A stretch of 34,353 bases of DNA from an uncultured Calditrichaceae bacterium (GCA_964547355.1 CAZJNP010000001.1:1-34353); one strand, 5' to 3'; positions 25,030 to 34,353 are shown, numbered from the stretch's first letter. Translations and numbers: made by a program. The notes: a model not told the origin generated them from the letters alone.

Positions 25030-25656
25030 ATTTTTCTCCTTTTTAGTTTATGGCAAACAAATAGCTGCAAACGGCGTACCAAATAGAATAATTGCCGTTT
25101 ATTACAATAAAAACAACAACACCGTAAATAGTTCCTGGTGTTTTATTTTTACCAGTCTGTCAATACTGGCACAATTCTATGTTTATATGACAGGATGTCC
25201 TGCCGCGTAGTTTGTTTCATTTCCGGCTGGTCACGATTGTTCCAAATAGCGGTAGGCGCAGACTTTAAGTCTGCATAGGGATTTGCGTAAGGTGATGCAC
25301 GTTTTTGCGAAGGAGGATCTATTTAGTCGCGCGCAGGCTGTTGCGAGCCGCCCCGGGACAACAAACAATCCATTAGCAAGCCCAGAGGGCATGCGGGGGA
25401 CGTTGATGTAAGCGGAATCAACCTATGACTATCAATTCCCTACCCGTTAGCTAAAACTTACCGCTATCGTCGTTGCAAGTACAATCTATTTAAAAAAAAG
25501 TGCGGTTCCTATCCGAACAGGTCGTATTTTTTAAAGAACAAAACAAAAGCGGCGAAATAAAAAATAGGTATTGCAGATTCTAAAATCATTTACTATTTTG
25601 CCCTTTTGCATTCGTAACTATAAACAGAGTGAACAAGGACACAAGGAAGAGGAAAT

Positions 25657-28209
25657 ATGTCACAACAGATACATATACCTGAACAACTCAAACCTCTGGA
25701 AGAGCTGGCAAACAATCTCTGGTTTAGCTGGAACCCGGACGTGCGCGATCTTTTCCGCAGCATCGATCTGGAACTCTGGCGAAAGATAGGCAGAAATCCG
25801 CTCGCATTTCTAAAGAAGATAGACCCTGCCCGGCTGGAAAACTTTGCCGCGGATGCCGATTTCGTCGCAAACGTAAACCGCGCCTACCAACGCTTTCAGA
25901 CCTACATGAACCGGACGGACACGCCCTTTAATGAATATTATCCTACACTGAATAATCAGCTCGTTGCTTATTTCTCTGCCGAATATGGCCTGCACGAATC
26001 CCTTCCCAACTACGCCGGCGGACTGGGCGTACTGGCTGGCGATCACTGTAAAACCGCAAGCGATCTGGGGCTGCCCTTTGTGGCTGTGGGCTTAATGTAC
26101 AAAGCGGCCTATTTTTCACAAATCATTGATGCGGAAGGCAATCAGCAGGAAATTTACGAGGAACTTGATCCTGATTTGCTGCCCATGTCTCTGGTACGTA
26201 ACAAAGACGGTGCGCCGCTGCTGGTGTGTGTGCCCATCCTGGGGCATGAGGTGTACGTGCAAATCTGGCGCGTACCGATCGGACGTATTTCTCTGTACTT
26301 ATTGGACACTAACGTGGAACAAAACAACGAAGAAGACCGGGCCATTATCCATTCCCTTTACGGCGGAACGCGCGATACACGCATTAAACAGGAAATTGTG
26401 CTGGGCATCGGCGGCGTTCGGGCGTTAAAAGCCATGGGCTTACAACCGACCGTATTCCATATGAACGAAGGACATTCGGCTTTTTCCGGATTGGAACGAA
26501 TTGCCGATTACATCAATGACGGACTCTCGTATCAGCAGGCCCTGGAGCTGGTGCGCAGCAGTACTCTGTTCACCACCCATACACCTATCCCGGCCGGAAA
26601 CGAAGCGTTCGAATTTGAAATGATGGAACGTTATCTGGGCGATTACTGGCCGCGCCTGGGATTAACCAAAACCGAATTTTTCAATCTTGGCCGCAATGTA
26701 AACGAACACCAGCACGAAAATTTTTCGCTTACGGTTCTAGCGCTGAATCTTTCTTACATGGCCAACGGCGTCAGTGCATTACACGGCGCGGTTTCCCGGG
26801 ACATGTGGCGCCGGGTTTTTCCCGGCATTCCCGTGGACGAAATCCCCATCGGACACATTACCAACGGCGTGCATACGGAAAGCTGGCTGCACCGGGAAAT
26901 GATCAAAATGTTTGATGAATATCTGGACAGCGACTGGCGCGATCATATCAACGACGAGCACTTTTGGGATCAGGTGGTCAAAATTCCCAACGAAGTCTTC
27001 TGGAAAGCCATGCTTAAAATGAAATCCAATATGACCGAGCATCTGCGGCGACGCTACGAAGACCGCCTGAAGCGTTACGGAGACGCTAATCCCGGCTATC
27101 CCCAACCAGATGAAGTGTTACACGAAAACATTCTGACCATCGGCTTTGCCAGACGTTTCGCGCCTTACAAACGTGCCACGCTTATCTTCCACGATCCGGA
27201 ACGATTAAAAAGGATCCTCAATGATCCCGACCGTCCGGTGCAGATTCTGTTTGCCGGCAAAGCGCACCCGCACAACGACGCCGGCAAGGAACTGATCCGC
27301 AGAATCAATCAGTACAGCCGGGAAGACGGTTTCAGAGGTAAAATCGTTTTCATCGAAGGTTACACGATTAATACTTCACGCTCGCTTGTATCCGGCGTGG
27401 ATGTATGGCTGAACAATCCCCGCCGTCCGCTGGAAGCCAGCGGGACTTCCGGGCAGAAAGTACCTATTAACGGTGGCATTAATTTTTCCGTTTTGGATGG
27501 CTGGTGGCCAGAAGGTTTCAACGGCCGGAACGGCTGGGTGATCGGCGAAGAAATCGAACATCCCGACCATAATGAGCAGGACCACATCGACGCAGAATCG
27601 CTTTACCAGACCCTTGAGAACGAGATCATTCCTCTATTTTACGATCGGGATGGCGGAGATGTGCCACACCAATGGGTTAAGAAGGCCAAAGAGTCGCTGC
27701 GTTCCATATTACCGCGCTTCTCCACGCATCGTATGGTGTGGGAGTACACACAAAAATATTATGTGCCCTGCATGAAACGCCATATAAAATACACTGAGAA
27801 TGAAAACATCGAATTGTTCCGTTTTACGCGTTGGCTGAACCGTATGCATAGGCACTGGAAAAAAATTAAACTGGAACACGTGAATTTAAACAGCCTTTCT
27901 GAGGATACCCGTATCTTCAGCGCCGGTGAAACCAGAGAAATCAGCGTTAAACTGAATATCGACGGTCTAAAACCCGAACAGGTACGGGTGGAATTGATTC
28001 TGGAGCGGCAGGACGCCATTCGCGGCCACCAACAAATGGAAATCTTTCCCATGGGGCTGATCGGCAAACTGGAAGATAACGTGTACGAATATCGTGCGCT
28101 GGTAAAAGCCCAGAGCAACGGGTCGTACCGCTTTAACTGCCGCGTACTGCCCACACACCCCGACCTTTTCCATCCCCACGAAACGCGATTAATTAGATGG
28201 TTGGATTAA
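25657..28209 (+). CDS. glgP: Alpha-glucan (glycogen/maltodextrin) phosphorylase, GT35, of the 'alpha-glucan family phosphorylase' type with an N-terminal DUF3417-like region
   Basis: The 850-aa protein has 'GGLGVLAGDHCKTASDLGLP', 'FHMNEGHSAFSGLERI' and 'GKAHPHNDAGKELIRRI', all typical of GT35 phosphorylases. AAGGAAGAGGAAATATG provides the RBS. Confidence 0.9.
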   Translation: MSQQIHIPEQLKPLEELANNLWFSWNPDVRDLFRSIDLELWRKIGRNPLAFLKKIDPARLENFAADADFVANVNRAYQRFQTYMNRTDTPFNEYYPTLNNQLVAYFSAEYGLHESLPNYAGGLGVLAGDHCKTASDLGLPFVAVGLMYKAAYFSQIIDAEGNQQEIYEELDPDLLPMSLVRNKDGAPLLVCVPILGHEVYVQIWRVPIGRISLYLLDTNVEQNNEEDRAIIHSLYGGTRDTRIKQEIVLGIGGVRALKAMGLQPTVFHMNEGHSAFSGLERIADYINDGLSYQQALELVRSSTLFTTHTPIPAGNEAFEFEMMERYLGDYWPRLGLTKTEFFNLGRNVNEHQHENFSLTVLALNLSYMANGVSALHGAVSRDMWRRVFPGIPVDEIPIGHITNGVHTESWLHREMIKMFDEYLDSDWRDHINDEHFWDQVVKIPNEVFWKAMLKMKSNMTEHLRRRYEDRLKRYGDANPGYPQPDEVLHENILTIGFARRFAPYKRATLIFHDPERLKRILNDPDRPVQILFAGKAHPHNDAGKELIRRINQYSREDGFRGKIVFIEGYTINTSRSLVSGVDVWLNNPRRPLEASGTSGQKVPINGGINFSVLDGWWPEGFNGRNGWVIGEEIEHPDHNEQDHIDAESLYQTLENEIIPLFYDRDGGDVPHQWVKKAKESLRSILPRFSTHRMVWEYTQKYYVPCMKRHIKYTENENIELFRFTRWLNRMHRHWKKIKLEHVNLNSLSEDTRIFSAGETREISVKLNIDGLKPEQVRVELILERQDAIRGHQQMEIFPMGLIGKLEDNVYEYRALVKAQSNGSYRFNCRVLPTHPDLFHPHETRLIRWLD

Positions 28210-28240
28210 CCTGGTAAGAAAAAATACACCCTTTTAAATC

Positions 28241-28280
28241 AGCGCCCTTGATGACTATGTCATGGGCGCTAATTTATTTT
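28241..28280. terminator. Bidirectional terminator hairpin (AGCGCCC…GGGCGCT) between the convergent glgP and GDE-family genes. It overlaps the GDE-family stop codon.
   Basis: The sequence is 'AGCGCCCTTGATGACTATGTCATGGGCGCTAATTTATTTT'. The opposite strand reads GC-hairpin then …AAAGGGTGTATTTTTT. Confidence 0.55.
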
Positions 28281-31163
28281 CATCCGGTCGTACACGCGGC
28301 AAGGTGTTTTTCCCTCAGGAGCGCCCCCTCCGTGCCATTCACCGGCCTCGCGCTTCACTTCCCGGAAATCCCCGATTCCTGCGCCGCCATGATCGTCCTG
28401 AGCACCACACAAAACTGTGATCCGGGTACGGGCATCTAAACCCGGCAGATACGACTTTTTAATCTTAAAGCGAATGTGCCTTTTTACCGCATTGCCCAAA
28501 GGATAACCCGGTCGCAACGGAATGTAAGCCATGCGTTTCTTTCCAGTACCGTCGCTGAGCTCTATGCCGCCGCCTACGTAAATCACCTGGTTGAACGCCC
28601 GTCCGGCAGAAAGCGCTACCCCGGCGCCGTGACCGATCTCCCGGCCAAGCGGTTCTTTCAGAGAGACGTCCCGAATGGCCAGCGCCAGAAAGGTAAGCTG
28701 AAAGCCATACTCCGGATGCCAGCCCGGATCGGTCAGGTTGCGCAGTTCAATCTGAAATCCCCAACAATCGTTTAAATCATAAACGGTAAGCGAACTCAGG
28801 TCCAGAATCCCCGGTTTAAACGCCGGATTCTGGGGGTAAACATAACGGCCGTTGGGACCTCTGTCGTCTTCCGGAGGGTCGTTCTGCTTCAAAACAATCC
28901 GCCCGGATTCTTCTTCAGGGAAATAAATCTCCTGCGCCGAAGCTAAATCGTATGGCGGCTTCTTTAGTACAGGGAACGTTTGGTCCTGAGGAATCCTGGC
29001 CAGGGACCAGGATTCGCTCTTTAATTTTTGCTTAACGTCTGATCGGCGAGTACTGTATGACCAGCTTTTTTCCCCGGCTTTTAACCGGTAAAGCACCGGT
29101 GCCTCCTGCCCCGGCAGGATAATTTCACCGGCTACCGGCTCACTCTCCCCTTCCAGCCTGAGATTCACCTGAAACGTGTCCTCTTCTTGTTTCATCCCGA
29201 CGCGCAAAAGAGCCGAGCCAAACGGCAGCGCGATCTCCACGCTTCCCAAACCGGGCAGCAATTTCGGGGAAAGAACGAACCGACGTTCGGGAACGTTGGG
29301 CCGATACCCGACAATATGTTGGTAAAAATTTCGGTTGAATTCCGCCACACTCCAGGCCTGGGACACGGTGCCTGAAATTTGAGGTCTTTCGGCCCCTTTT
29401 CTTGGCACAGGCTCCAGCAATTCGGAATAATTTCCCAGCGCGTCCAGATGCAGAATCTGCCAGGCCTCTTTTTGGTAAAGGGCCGCCGCCGGTTTAAACT
29501 GGTCAAATTTCAGTAGTGCCTCGATGACCGGCCCGGCCAGCCATGTCCAGATCAGGCCGTTGTGGTAGGCTTCATCCGGCACATAATACGGCTGATAATG
29601 GTGGAAGGGATGAAAATAGCGATCCTTGTACCACAGGGAGAGCACGCCCCATTCTGTTGTCAATTGCTCCGTTACGTAACGGGCCACTTTGCGCTGCCTT
29701 CCCTCTGACAGAAGCGGTTCGATCCCCGGCAGAGCGGGGACGGTGACGGCAAATATCTGATTGGGACGCAGGCTGGTATCCGGGCTGCCGTCGGCGTTCA
29801 GGTGGTCGTACAAACACTGCCGCCGTTCATTCCAGAAATAGTGGTTGAATTGCTCTTTCACATGTGAAGCCGCAGAATCACAGTCGGCGGCGAAACGGTG
29901 TTCTTGCTTTCCGTGCAGGCGCGCCATTTTACCGGCGATTCGCAGAGCAGTGTACCACAGCGCCTGAATTTCCACCGCCCGATTGCCGCGCGGCGACCAG
30001 GCACCCTGTGCGCCTTTGGCGTCCATCCAGGTTTCTGCATCTTCATGGGTCAGGAAGCCAAAAGAATCGGTACGTTTTGCCATAGCGCCGCGTACGGCTC
30101 TTTTAACCACCGGAAATAATTCTTTTACAAGCGACTCATCTCCGCTGTACAGATAGTACTCATACAGCGCCCGTAGAAACCACCAGGTGCCGTCAGTCGT
30201 GTTGTAGATGACTTCCCTGTTGGTGACACGGTTTGGAATGCGTCCATATTCCCGTTTGTTTGGATCGGTAAACTGAAAGCTGGCAAAATTTTTTAAAATT
30301 TCCCGAGCGGCCGAAAAATTTCCGGTGACCAGTAACGTACCGCCAAAACTGATAAACGTATCCCGGCCCCAGTAATTATTGAACCAGGGCAACCCGGCCC
30401 AGATGCCTGTTCCGCGCTGCCGGGACACCAGCGCGTCCGCGGCCAGCAACGACCATTGGAGCGCCTGGTTTATTTCTTCCTGATCCACGCGCAAGGATTG
30501 CCGGCCAAGGAATCGGCCGATCCGCGCCCTGCGCGCGTTGCGCAGCCGGAGCAATTCCTCCAACGAATCAGGCCCCTTGCGTTCAAGCGAAAACGAAAAA
30601 TAAGCCGACCTCTTTTTCCCCGGCCAGTAACGAATGCGTAGCGTATCGGAAAATCCCGCAAAGCGATCGACCGGAAGCGTGACTTCACAGCGCCGTTTGC
30701 CGACCGTATCCGGCGGTGTGGCCTGCGGCTGATGAAAGACAGGAATCAGGCCGATTGTGTCGGTCGCTCCGGGAAGTTGAATTTCCAGTAGAAGAAAATC
30801 CAGGGAATCCAGCAGTGTAAAAGTTTCCGTCAGGCCGTTTTCATAAACACGGGTGAATGAAACCGGATCGTAGATAAATTTCCTGATCTTACTGCGCTTC
30901 AGCGGTTTGCCGTTCAGCAGTAAAAGGTAGTCCCTGAGCACATGATGTTCGTTTACCGTCCAGCCTTCGAATCCGCTGCTGTTTTGCGAGTGGCTGTTTC
31001 CCAAAAAGAATCCGGCCGTTTTATTGGTGTATACAAAACGATGATTTACCGAATCGGTCCGCACTATTTTAGGAAAGGTTGTGTTTTCTGTTGGCGTTAA
31101 GTTTGAATGCCGATTGCAGGACAGTGCAAGGATTAATAAAGCAAAAGCGACAAAAAAGCGCAT
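28269..31163 (-). CDS. Amylo-alpha-1,6-glucosidase (glycogen-debranching-enzyme C-terminal, GDE_C) family protein with an N-terminal signal peptide (possible lipoprotein) and an extra C-terminal domain
   Basis: The signal is 'MRFFVAFALLILALSC'. The central (alpha/alpha)6 GDE_C-like region reads '…GIWAGLPWFNNYWGRDTFISFGGTLLVTGNF…LIWTWLAGPVIEAL…'. The 964-aa length implies additional N- and C-terminal beta domains. Confidence 0.7.
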   Translation of the reverse strand: MRFFVAFALLILALSCNRHSNLTPTENTTFPKIVRTDSVNHRFVYTNKTAGFFLGNSHSQNSSGFEGWTVNEHHVLRDYLLLLNGKPLKRSKIRKFIYDPVSFTRVYENGLTETFTLLDSLDFLLLEIQLPGATDTIGLIPVFHQPQATPPDTVGKRRCEVTLPVDRFAGFSDTLRIRYWPGKKRSAYFSFSLERKGPDSLEELLRLRNARRARIGRFLGRQSLRVDQEEINQALQWSLLAADALVSRQRGTGIWAGLPWFNNYWGRDTFISFGGTLLVTGNFSAAREILKNFASFQFTDPNKREYGRIPNRVTNREVIYNTTDGTWWFLRALYEYYLYSGDESLVKELFPVVKRAVRGAMAKRTDSFGFLTHEDAETWMDAKGAQGAWSPRGNRAVEIQALWYTALRIAGKMARLHGKQEHRFAADCDSAASHVKEQFNHYFWNERRQCLYDHLNADGSPDTSLRPNQIFAVTVPALPGIEPLLSEGRQRKVARYVTEQLTTEWGVLSLWYKDRYFHPFHHYQPYYVPDEAYHNGLIWTWLAGPVIEALLKFDQFKPAAALYQKEAWQILHLDALGNYSELLEPVPRKGAERPQISGTVSQAWSVAEFNRNFYQHIVGYRPNVPERRFVLSPKLLPGLGSVEIALPFGSALLRVGMKQEEDTFQVNLRLEGESEPVAGEIILPGQEAPVLYRLKAGEKSWSYSTRRSDVKQKLKSESWSLARIPQDQTFPVLKKPPYDLASAQEIYFPEEESGRIVLKQNDPPEDDRGPNGRYVYPQNPAFKPGILDLSSLTVYDLNDCWGFQIELRNLTDPGWHPEYGFQLTFLALAIRDVSLKEPLGREIGHGAGVALSAGRAFNQVIYVGGGIELSDGTGKKRMAYIPLRPGYPLGNAVKRHIRFKIKKSYLPGLDARTRITVLCGAQDDHGGAGIGDFREVKREAGEWHGGGAPEGKTPCRVYDRMKIN

Positions 31164-31290
31164 CCCGGTAATCGGTGCTGGTTTTATTTGATGTGATGAT
31201 ATTCCGTTGATTTTAAATCACCTTTGTTAACATTTATTCACCAACCGCAAGTTTCCTGCCTGCGTATGAAATAAATAAAGCGTAAAAGTA

Positions 31291-31356
31291 CGAGCAGGAG
31301 AAAGAGAAAGAAAAGAAATCCTACTCTTGCTCGTGCTCCTTCTCTTGCTCCTGCTC
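31291..31356 (-). terminator. Long imperfect inverted repeat (GAGCAGGAGAAAGAGAAAG … CTTCTCTTGCTCCTGCTC) downstream of the S9 peptidase gene. It is a putative terminator or RNA hairpin.
   Basis: Read from the sequence. The plus-strand ORF 31327..31863 (poly-Leu start) that overlaps it is almost certainly spurious. Confidence 0.4.
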
Positions 31357-31377
31357 TTAACACAAACCAGACGTCGG

Positions 31378-33381
31378 CTACTTCAAAAACTCGGCGAACC
31401 ACTCATGAACCGTTTTCCACCACAAACGGGCATTCTGCGGTTTGCGCACAAAATGATCCTCGTCCGGGAAGAAAAGCAGTTTCGACTTTACCCCCTGCCT
31501 TTGCAGAGCCGTGAACATCTGCAAACCCTGGGTGTACGGTACACGGTAATCATGTTCTCCGTGAACCACCAAAGTGGGCGTTTTGAAATTTGCTGCCCGG
31601 TTGGCGGGATTCCACTTCTGGTAAAGCGAACCTTTTTGCCATGGCGTCCCGTTAAATTCCCATTCCGGGAACCAGAGTTCCTCTGTCGCTCCGTACATGC
31701 TAACCTGTTCATAGACGCCGTCGTGCGAAACCAGGCAGCGGAAGGGATTTTCCGCACCGGCAATCCAGTTAACCATGAATCCGCCGTAAGAAGCGCCGGC
31801 CGCTCCGACCCGGTTACGGTCGATGAACGGATAGTGCGAAAGGACATATTCGGTACCCTTTAAGATATCCTCATAAGGTGCGCCGCCCCAGTCTTTGGAC
31901 ACCGCGTCGGTAAACTCTTGTCCGTAACCCCGGCTGCCGTGGAAATTAATCATGAAAATCACATAGCCGGGAGCGGCAAACATCTGGTAATTCCAGCGGT
32001 AATGAAAATCATTGCCCCAGGCGCCCTGCGGACCGCCATGAATGAGCTCAATGGCAGGATATTTTTTATTCGGATCAAAGAACGGAGGTTTCATGATAAA
32101 GCCATGAACCACATCGCCTTTGGCGCCGGTAAAAGAAAACGGTTCCAGCCGGGAAAGCTCTAATCGATTTAAGCGCTCCGTGTTAATTTGAGTTAACTGA
32201 GACCGCTGACCGGTTTTCAAATCCAATGAAAATATTTCATACGGCATGGCTTCGGACTGTTCTTTGAAGATGAGCGTATTCTCCCCGGCAAACTGTACCG
32301 CGGAAATATAGTGTCCTTTAAGCACCGGCTTAATTTTCCCGTCGGAAATGGTAACCCGGTAGAGGCTCATCGAACCGTTCTCCGCAACCGTAAAGAAAAT
32401 CTCCTTGCCTGAAGGGCTCCAGACCATGGACGAAACTGACAGGTCAAAGCCTTTCGTGAGTTCTCGGGTCGTTTTCTTTTTGCGGTCGTAAAGCATCAGG
32501 CGCTGGCGGTCAGCTTCAAAACCCGGCCGCTCCATCGAGGCATAAGCAATGTAGCGTCCGTCCGGGGAATAATTGGGATTGTTGTCATTTCCTTCGTTGG
32601 TCGTCAGCTGTGTAATTTCTCCGGTATCAAGATTTTCAATGAACAGATCATTGTTGGTACTGGCCGCTACCATCGGATCGGTATTACGCACGAAACAAAT
32701 TTCTTTACCATCCGGAGAGAAGGTGTAATCATGACCGCTGCCCAAATCCAGCGGCGGTGTGTCATAATCACCCGGCGTGACGTCCCTGATGTTGTCACCG
32801 TTTACATCCGTTAAAAAAACATGGCTGCGCTTGCCTTCCAGCCAGCGGTTCCAGTGGCGGTAAAATAGATGGTCAATAACTCGGGCTTTCACTTTGCTGT
32901 TTTTCTTTTCTTCCATACGCTGTTTATTGCACTCTTCAGTTTTGCAATTGGGATAGACTTCAGATACAAACAGCATTTTCGTGCCTTGTTTATTGATTAC
33001 CACACCGCCTGCTCCAGGCGCAAAATCGGTCACCTGTACCGCCTCTCCTCCGCCTGGATTTAACTTCCAAATTTGGCCTTTGCGGTTGAAATAGATAACC
33101 TTGCCGTTCGGCGCCCAAACCGGTCCACTGCTGGAAGTTTCAGCATCGGTAAGCTGTCTCGATTTTCCCGTCTTTATATCAAGCAGCCAGAGGTCTGTTT
33201 TAAAATTATTCTGTTCGATATTGGGGACCGTTACATCGAAAGCCACCCTTTCCCCGTCCGGAGAAACAGCAACCGTCCCCAGCCGGTGCATTCCGAAAAA
33301 GTCCTCAAAAGTGATCGGATGTTTGTCCGTTGCAAAAAGTGTTGCGAAGGTAAATAATACGACCAAGAAAAACTTGTGCAT
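31378..33381 (-). CDS. S9-family serine peptidase (prolyl oligopeptidase / acylaminoacyl-peptidase-like) with an N-terminal beta-propeller and a signal peptide
   Basis: The signal peptide is MHKFFLVVLFTFATLFA. TolB/WD40-like propeller repeats are present. The C-terminal alpha/beta-hydrolase carries the nucleophile motif 'GASYGG' and 'HGEHDYRVP' (catalytic Asp/His region). Confidence 0.9.
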   Translation of the reverse strand: MHKFFLVVLFTFATLFATDKHPITFEDFFGMHRLGTVAVSPDGERVAFDVTVPNIEQNNFKTDLWLLDIKTGKSRQLTDAETSSSGPVWAPNGKVIYFNRKGQIWKLNPGGGEAVQVTDFAPGAGGVVINKQGTKMLFVSEVYPNCKTEECNKQRMEEKKNSKVKARVIDHLFYRHWNRWLEGKRSHVFLTDVNGDNIRDVTPGDYDTPPLDLGSGHDYTFSPDGKEICFVRNTDPMVAASTNNDLFIENLDTGEITQLTTNEGNDNNPNYSPDGRYIAYASMERPGFEADRQRLMLYDRKKKTTRELTKGFDLSVSSMVWSPSGKEIFFTVAENGSMSLYRVTISDGKIKPVLKGHYISAVQFAGENTLIFKEQSEAMPYEIFSLDLKTGQRSQLTQINTERLNRLELSRLEPFSFTGAKGDVVHGFIMKPPFFDPNKKYPAIELIHGGPQGAWGNDFHYRWNYQMFAAPGYVIFMINFHGSRGYGQEFTDAVSKDWGGAPYEDILKGTEYVLSHYPFIDRNRVGAAGASYGGFMVNWIAGAENPFRCLVSHDGVYEQVSMYGATEELWFPEWEFNGTPWQKGSLYQKWNPANRAANFKTPTLVVHGEHDYRVPYTQGLQMFTALQRQGVKSKLLFFPDEDHFVRKPQNARLWWKTVHEWFAEFLK

Positions 33382-33500
33382 GGTTTCTCCTTTTCATTAA
33401 ACGCGTTTGGAAAATAATTTAGAAATTTAATCGTTATAATCAACCGGAAATTCAAAAGGAATCTATGGTAGGTAGGCAGGCCAAAATGCAGGAGGGCTGT

Positions 33501-34353
33501 TTATTTCTTTTCCTTATCAGAATTTTTTTCCTTCCCGTAAAGCTTAACGGCGCATTCCGGGCAAATGGAATGACTGAAGATGGCGCTGGAATGCTCGCTG
33601 ATGTAAGACTCCAATTGCTTCCAGTATCCTTTATCGTCCCGGATTTTCTTGCAATGGGAGCAGATGGGAATCAGTCCGCTCAGGGTATTTATTTTTTCTA
33701 GCGCTTCGCCCAGTTCTTGCACCTTATTTTCCAGCGCTTCGTTCATTTCCGACACCTTGTTCTTTTCATTTTCCACCTGATTAACCAGATAAAAATTGCG
33801 CCGTGAATAGTATTCCATAAAATAACAGGCAAACATGCCCATAAAGTTTGCGCTAAGAAAGAAAAAATTATTACTGATTAATATCGGGGCCGGTGTATGG
33901 GAGATAAAAATAGCGACCAATTCATATAGTAAAATAACCATTCCGCAGGCGGCTATAGCCCAAATAAAACGAGCGCGTACAAAGGTATAGCCAAAAATCA
34001 AAATTAAAATCAACCCGGCATAATAAGAATAATTCACCGGATAAGGCGCGATGGCAATCATGGCGATGATTCCTGATCCGCCAAGGATTACCAGGAAAGC
34101 TATGGAAGCCTGCCAGAATTTTTTGAACCATCTAGAAAAAGAAAGCAAAATGAACAAAGTAATAACCGGGCAAACAATGGCATAACGAATAAACCATAGG
34201 GCATATTTCTTTTCTGGCATCAAAACGGCATCAAGGATCCCAAATGCCGCATATAAAATAATCCCAAAAACAAAAGAGATGCGAATCAGCACTAATGAAT
34301 TTTCAAAATAGTAATCCAGAAACTTTTTTTCCAGATATTGGTCATTGTCAGTA
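33501..34353 (-). CDS. Polytopic membrane protein (5' end beyond the window) with a cytoplasmic coiled coil and a C-terminal Cys/His-rich ~40-aa motif (CSHCKKIRDDKGYW…FSHSICPEC)
   Basis: The ORF remains open from 34292 to the window edge. It has at least 6 hydrophobic helices, then 'NEKNKVSEMNEALENKVQELGEALEKI', then a CxxC…H…CxxC tail reminiscent of a zinc ribbon. I did not recognise the family. Confidence 0.6.
   Translation of the reverse strand, partial: TDNDQYLEKKFLDYYFENSLVLIRISFVFGIILYAAFGILDAVLMPEKKYALWFIRYAIVCPVITLFILLSFSRWFKKFWQASIAFLVILGGSGIIAMIAIAPYPVNYSYYAGLILILIFGYTFVRARFIWAIAACGMVILLYELVAIFISHTPAPILISNNFFFLSANFMGMFACYFMEYYSRRNFYLVNQVENEKNKVSEMNEALENKVQELGEALEKINTLSGLIPICSHCKKIRDDKGYWKQLESYISEHSSAIFSHSICPECAVKLYGKEKNSDKEKK

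Noticed and set aside
25200-25560. tmRNA (ssrA) hypothesis for the lon/glgP intergenic region. A minus-strand 'GCAACGACGATAGCGGTAAGTTTTAGCTAA' superficially resembles a tag-peptide ORF.
   Set aside because: No tRNA-like 5' GGGG… / 3' …CCACCA ends and no T-arm GGTTCGA motif are present. No reading frame gives a tag ending in Ala-Ala. I kept the region only as an unclassified structured-RNA candidate.
31327-31863. 178-aa plus-strand ORF beginning MLVLLLLLLLL
   Set aside because: It overlaps the 3' end of the S9 peptidase gene on the opposite strand, and its start lies inside a purine/pyrimidine-rich inverted repeat. The low-complexity N-terminus is an artefact.

Overview
The sequence looks like a chromosomal segment from a bacterium with moderate GC content. 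Its centre (about 3.1-17.0 kb) is a complete bacterial microcompartment (BMC, metabolosome) locus built around a deoxyribose-5-phosphate aldolase (DeoC/DERA). That enzyme is the signature of the bioinformatically defined, experimentally uncharacterised 'sugar-phosphate utilising' (SPU) class of BMCs.

A long minus-strand operon (12555 down to 3112) encodes the following, in transcription order:
- an AAE/YidE-family transporter
- an EutK-like shell protein (BMC-H domain, then a basic disordered linker, then a C-terminal helix-turn-helix domain)
- a ParA/MinD-type ATPase
- a 102-aa protein with a basic N-terminus
- an EutD-type phosphotransacetylase
- two near-identical tandem BMC-H genes
- an acylating aldehyde dehydrogenase with an N-terminal encapsulation peptide
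- EutJ
- a PduS-like Fe-S flavoprotein
- a PduT-like BMC-T that retains the pore cysteine.

A divergent plus-strand operon (12883-16981, possibly continuing into rsgA) encodes:
- a PGM/PMM-family mutase, likely acting as a phosphopentomutase
- a BMC-P vertex protein (EutN/PduN-like)
- DeoC carrying an N-terminal extension that resembles the aldehyde dehydrogenase encapsulation peptide
- thymidine/pyrimidine-nucleoside phosphorylase, followed by rsgA.

Together these predict a metabolosome that takes (deoxy)nucleosides to deoxyribose-1-P, then deoxyribose-5-P, then acetaldehyde plus glyceraldehyde-3-P, and the acetaldehyde on to acetyl-CoA and acetyl-phosphate. The shell would sequester acetaldehyde.

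The most novel element is the translationally coupled EutK-like, ParA and small-protein trio (4-nt ATGA overlaps). It looks like a built-in McdAB-like positioning or segregation module for a catabolic BMC.

Flanking genes:
- a class I aminotransferase (5' partial), a CYTH/class IV adenylate cyclase-like protein, a TerB-like protein and a hypothetical protein
- a rubrerythrin-like gene interrupted by an in-frame TAG
- an SNase-like secreted protein
- a CarbopepD_reg + vWA secreted protein
- thioredoxin and Lon protease
- a GT35 alpha-glucan phosphorylase and a signal-peptide-bearing amylo-alpha-1,6-glucosidase (GDE)-family protein
- an S9 peptidase with a beta-propeller
- a 3'-truncated multi-pass membrane protein with a C-terminal Cys-rich motif.

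I recognised no rRNA, CRISPR array or mobile element, and found no tRNA in the intergenic regions I checked by eye. Several intergenic regions carry hairpins or terminators, and one (25.2-25.5 kb) may hold a structured RNA.
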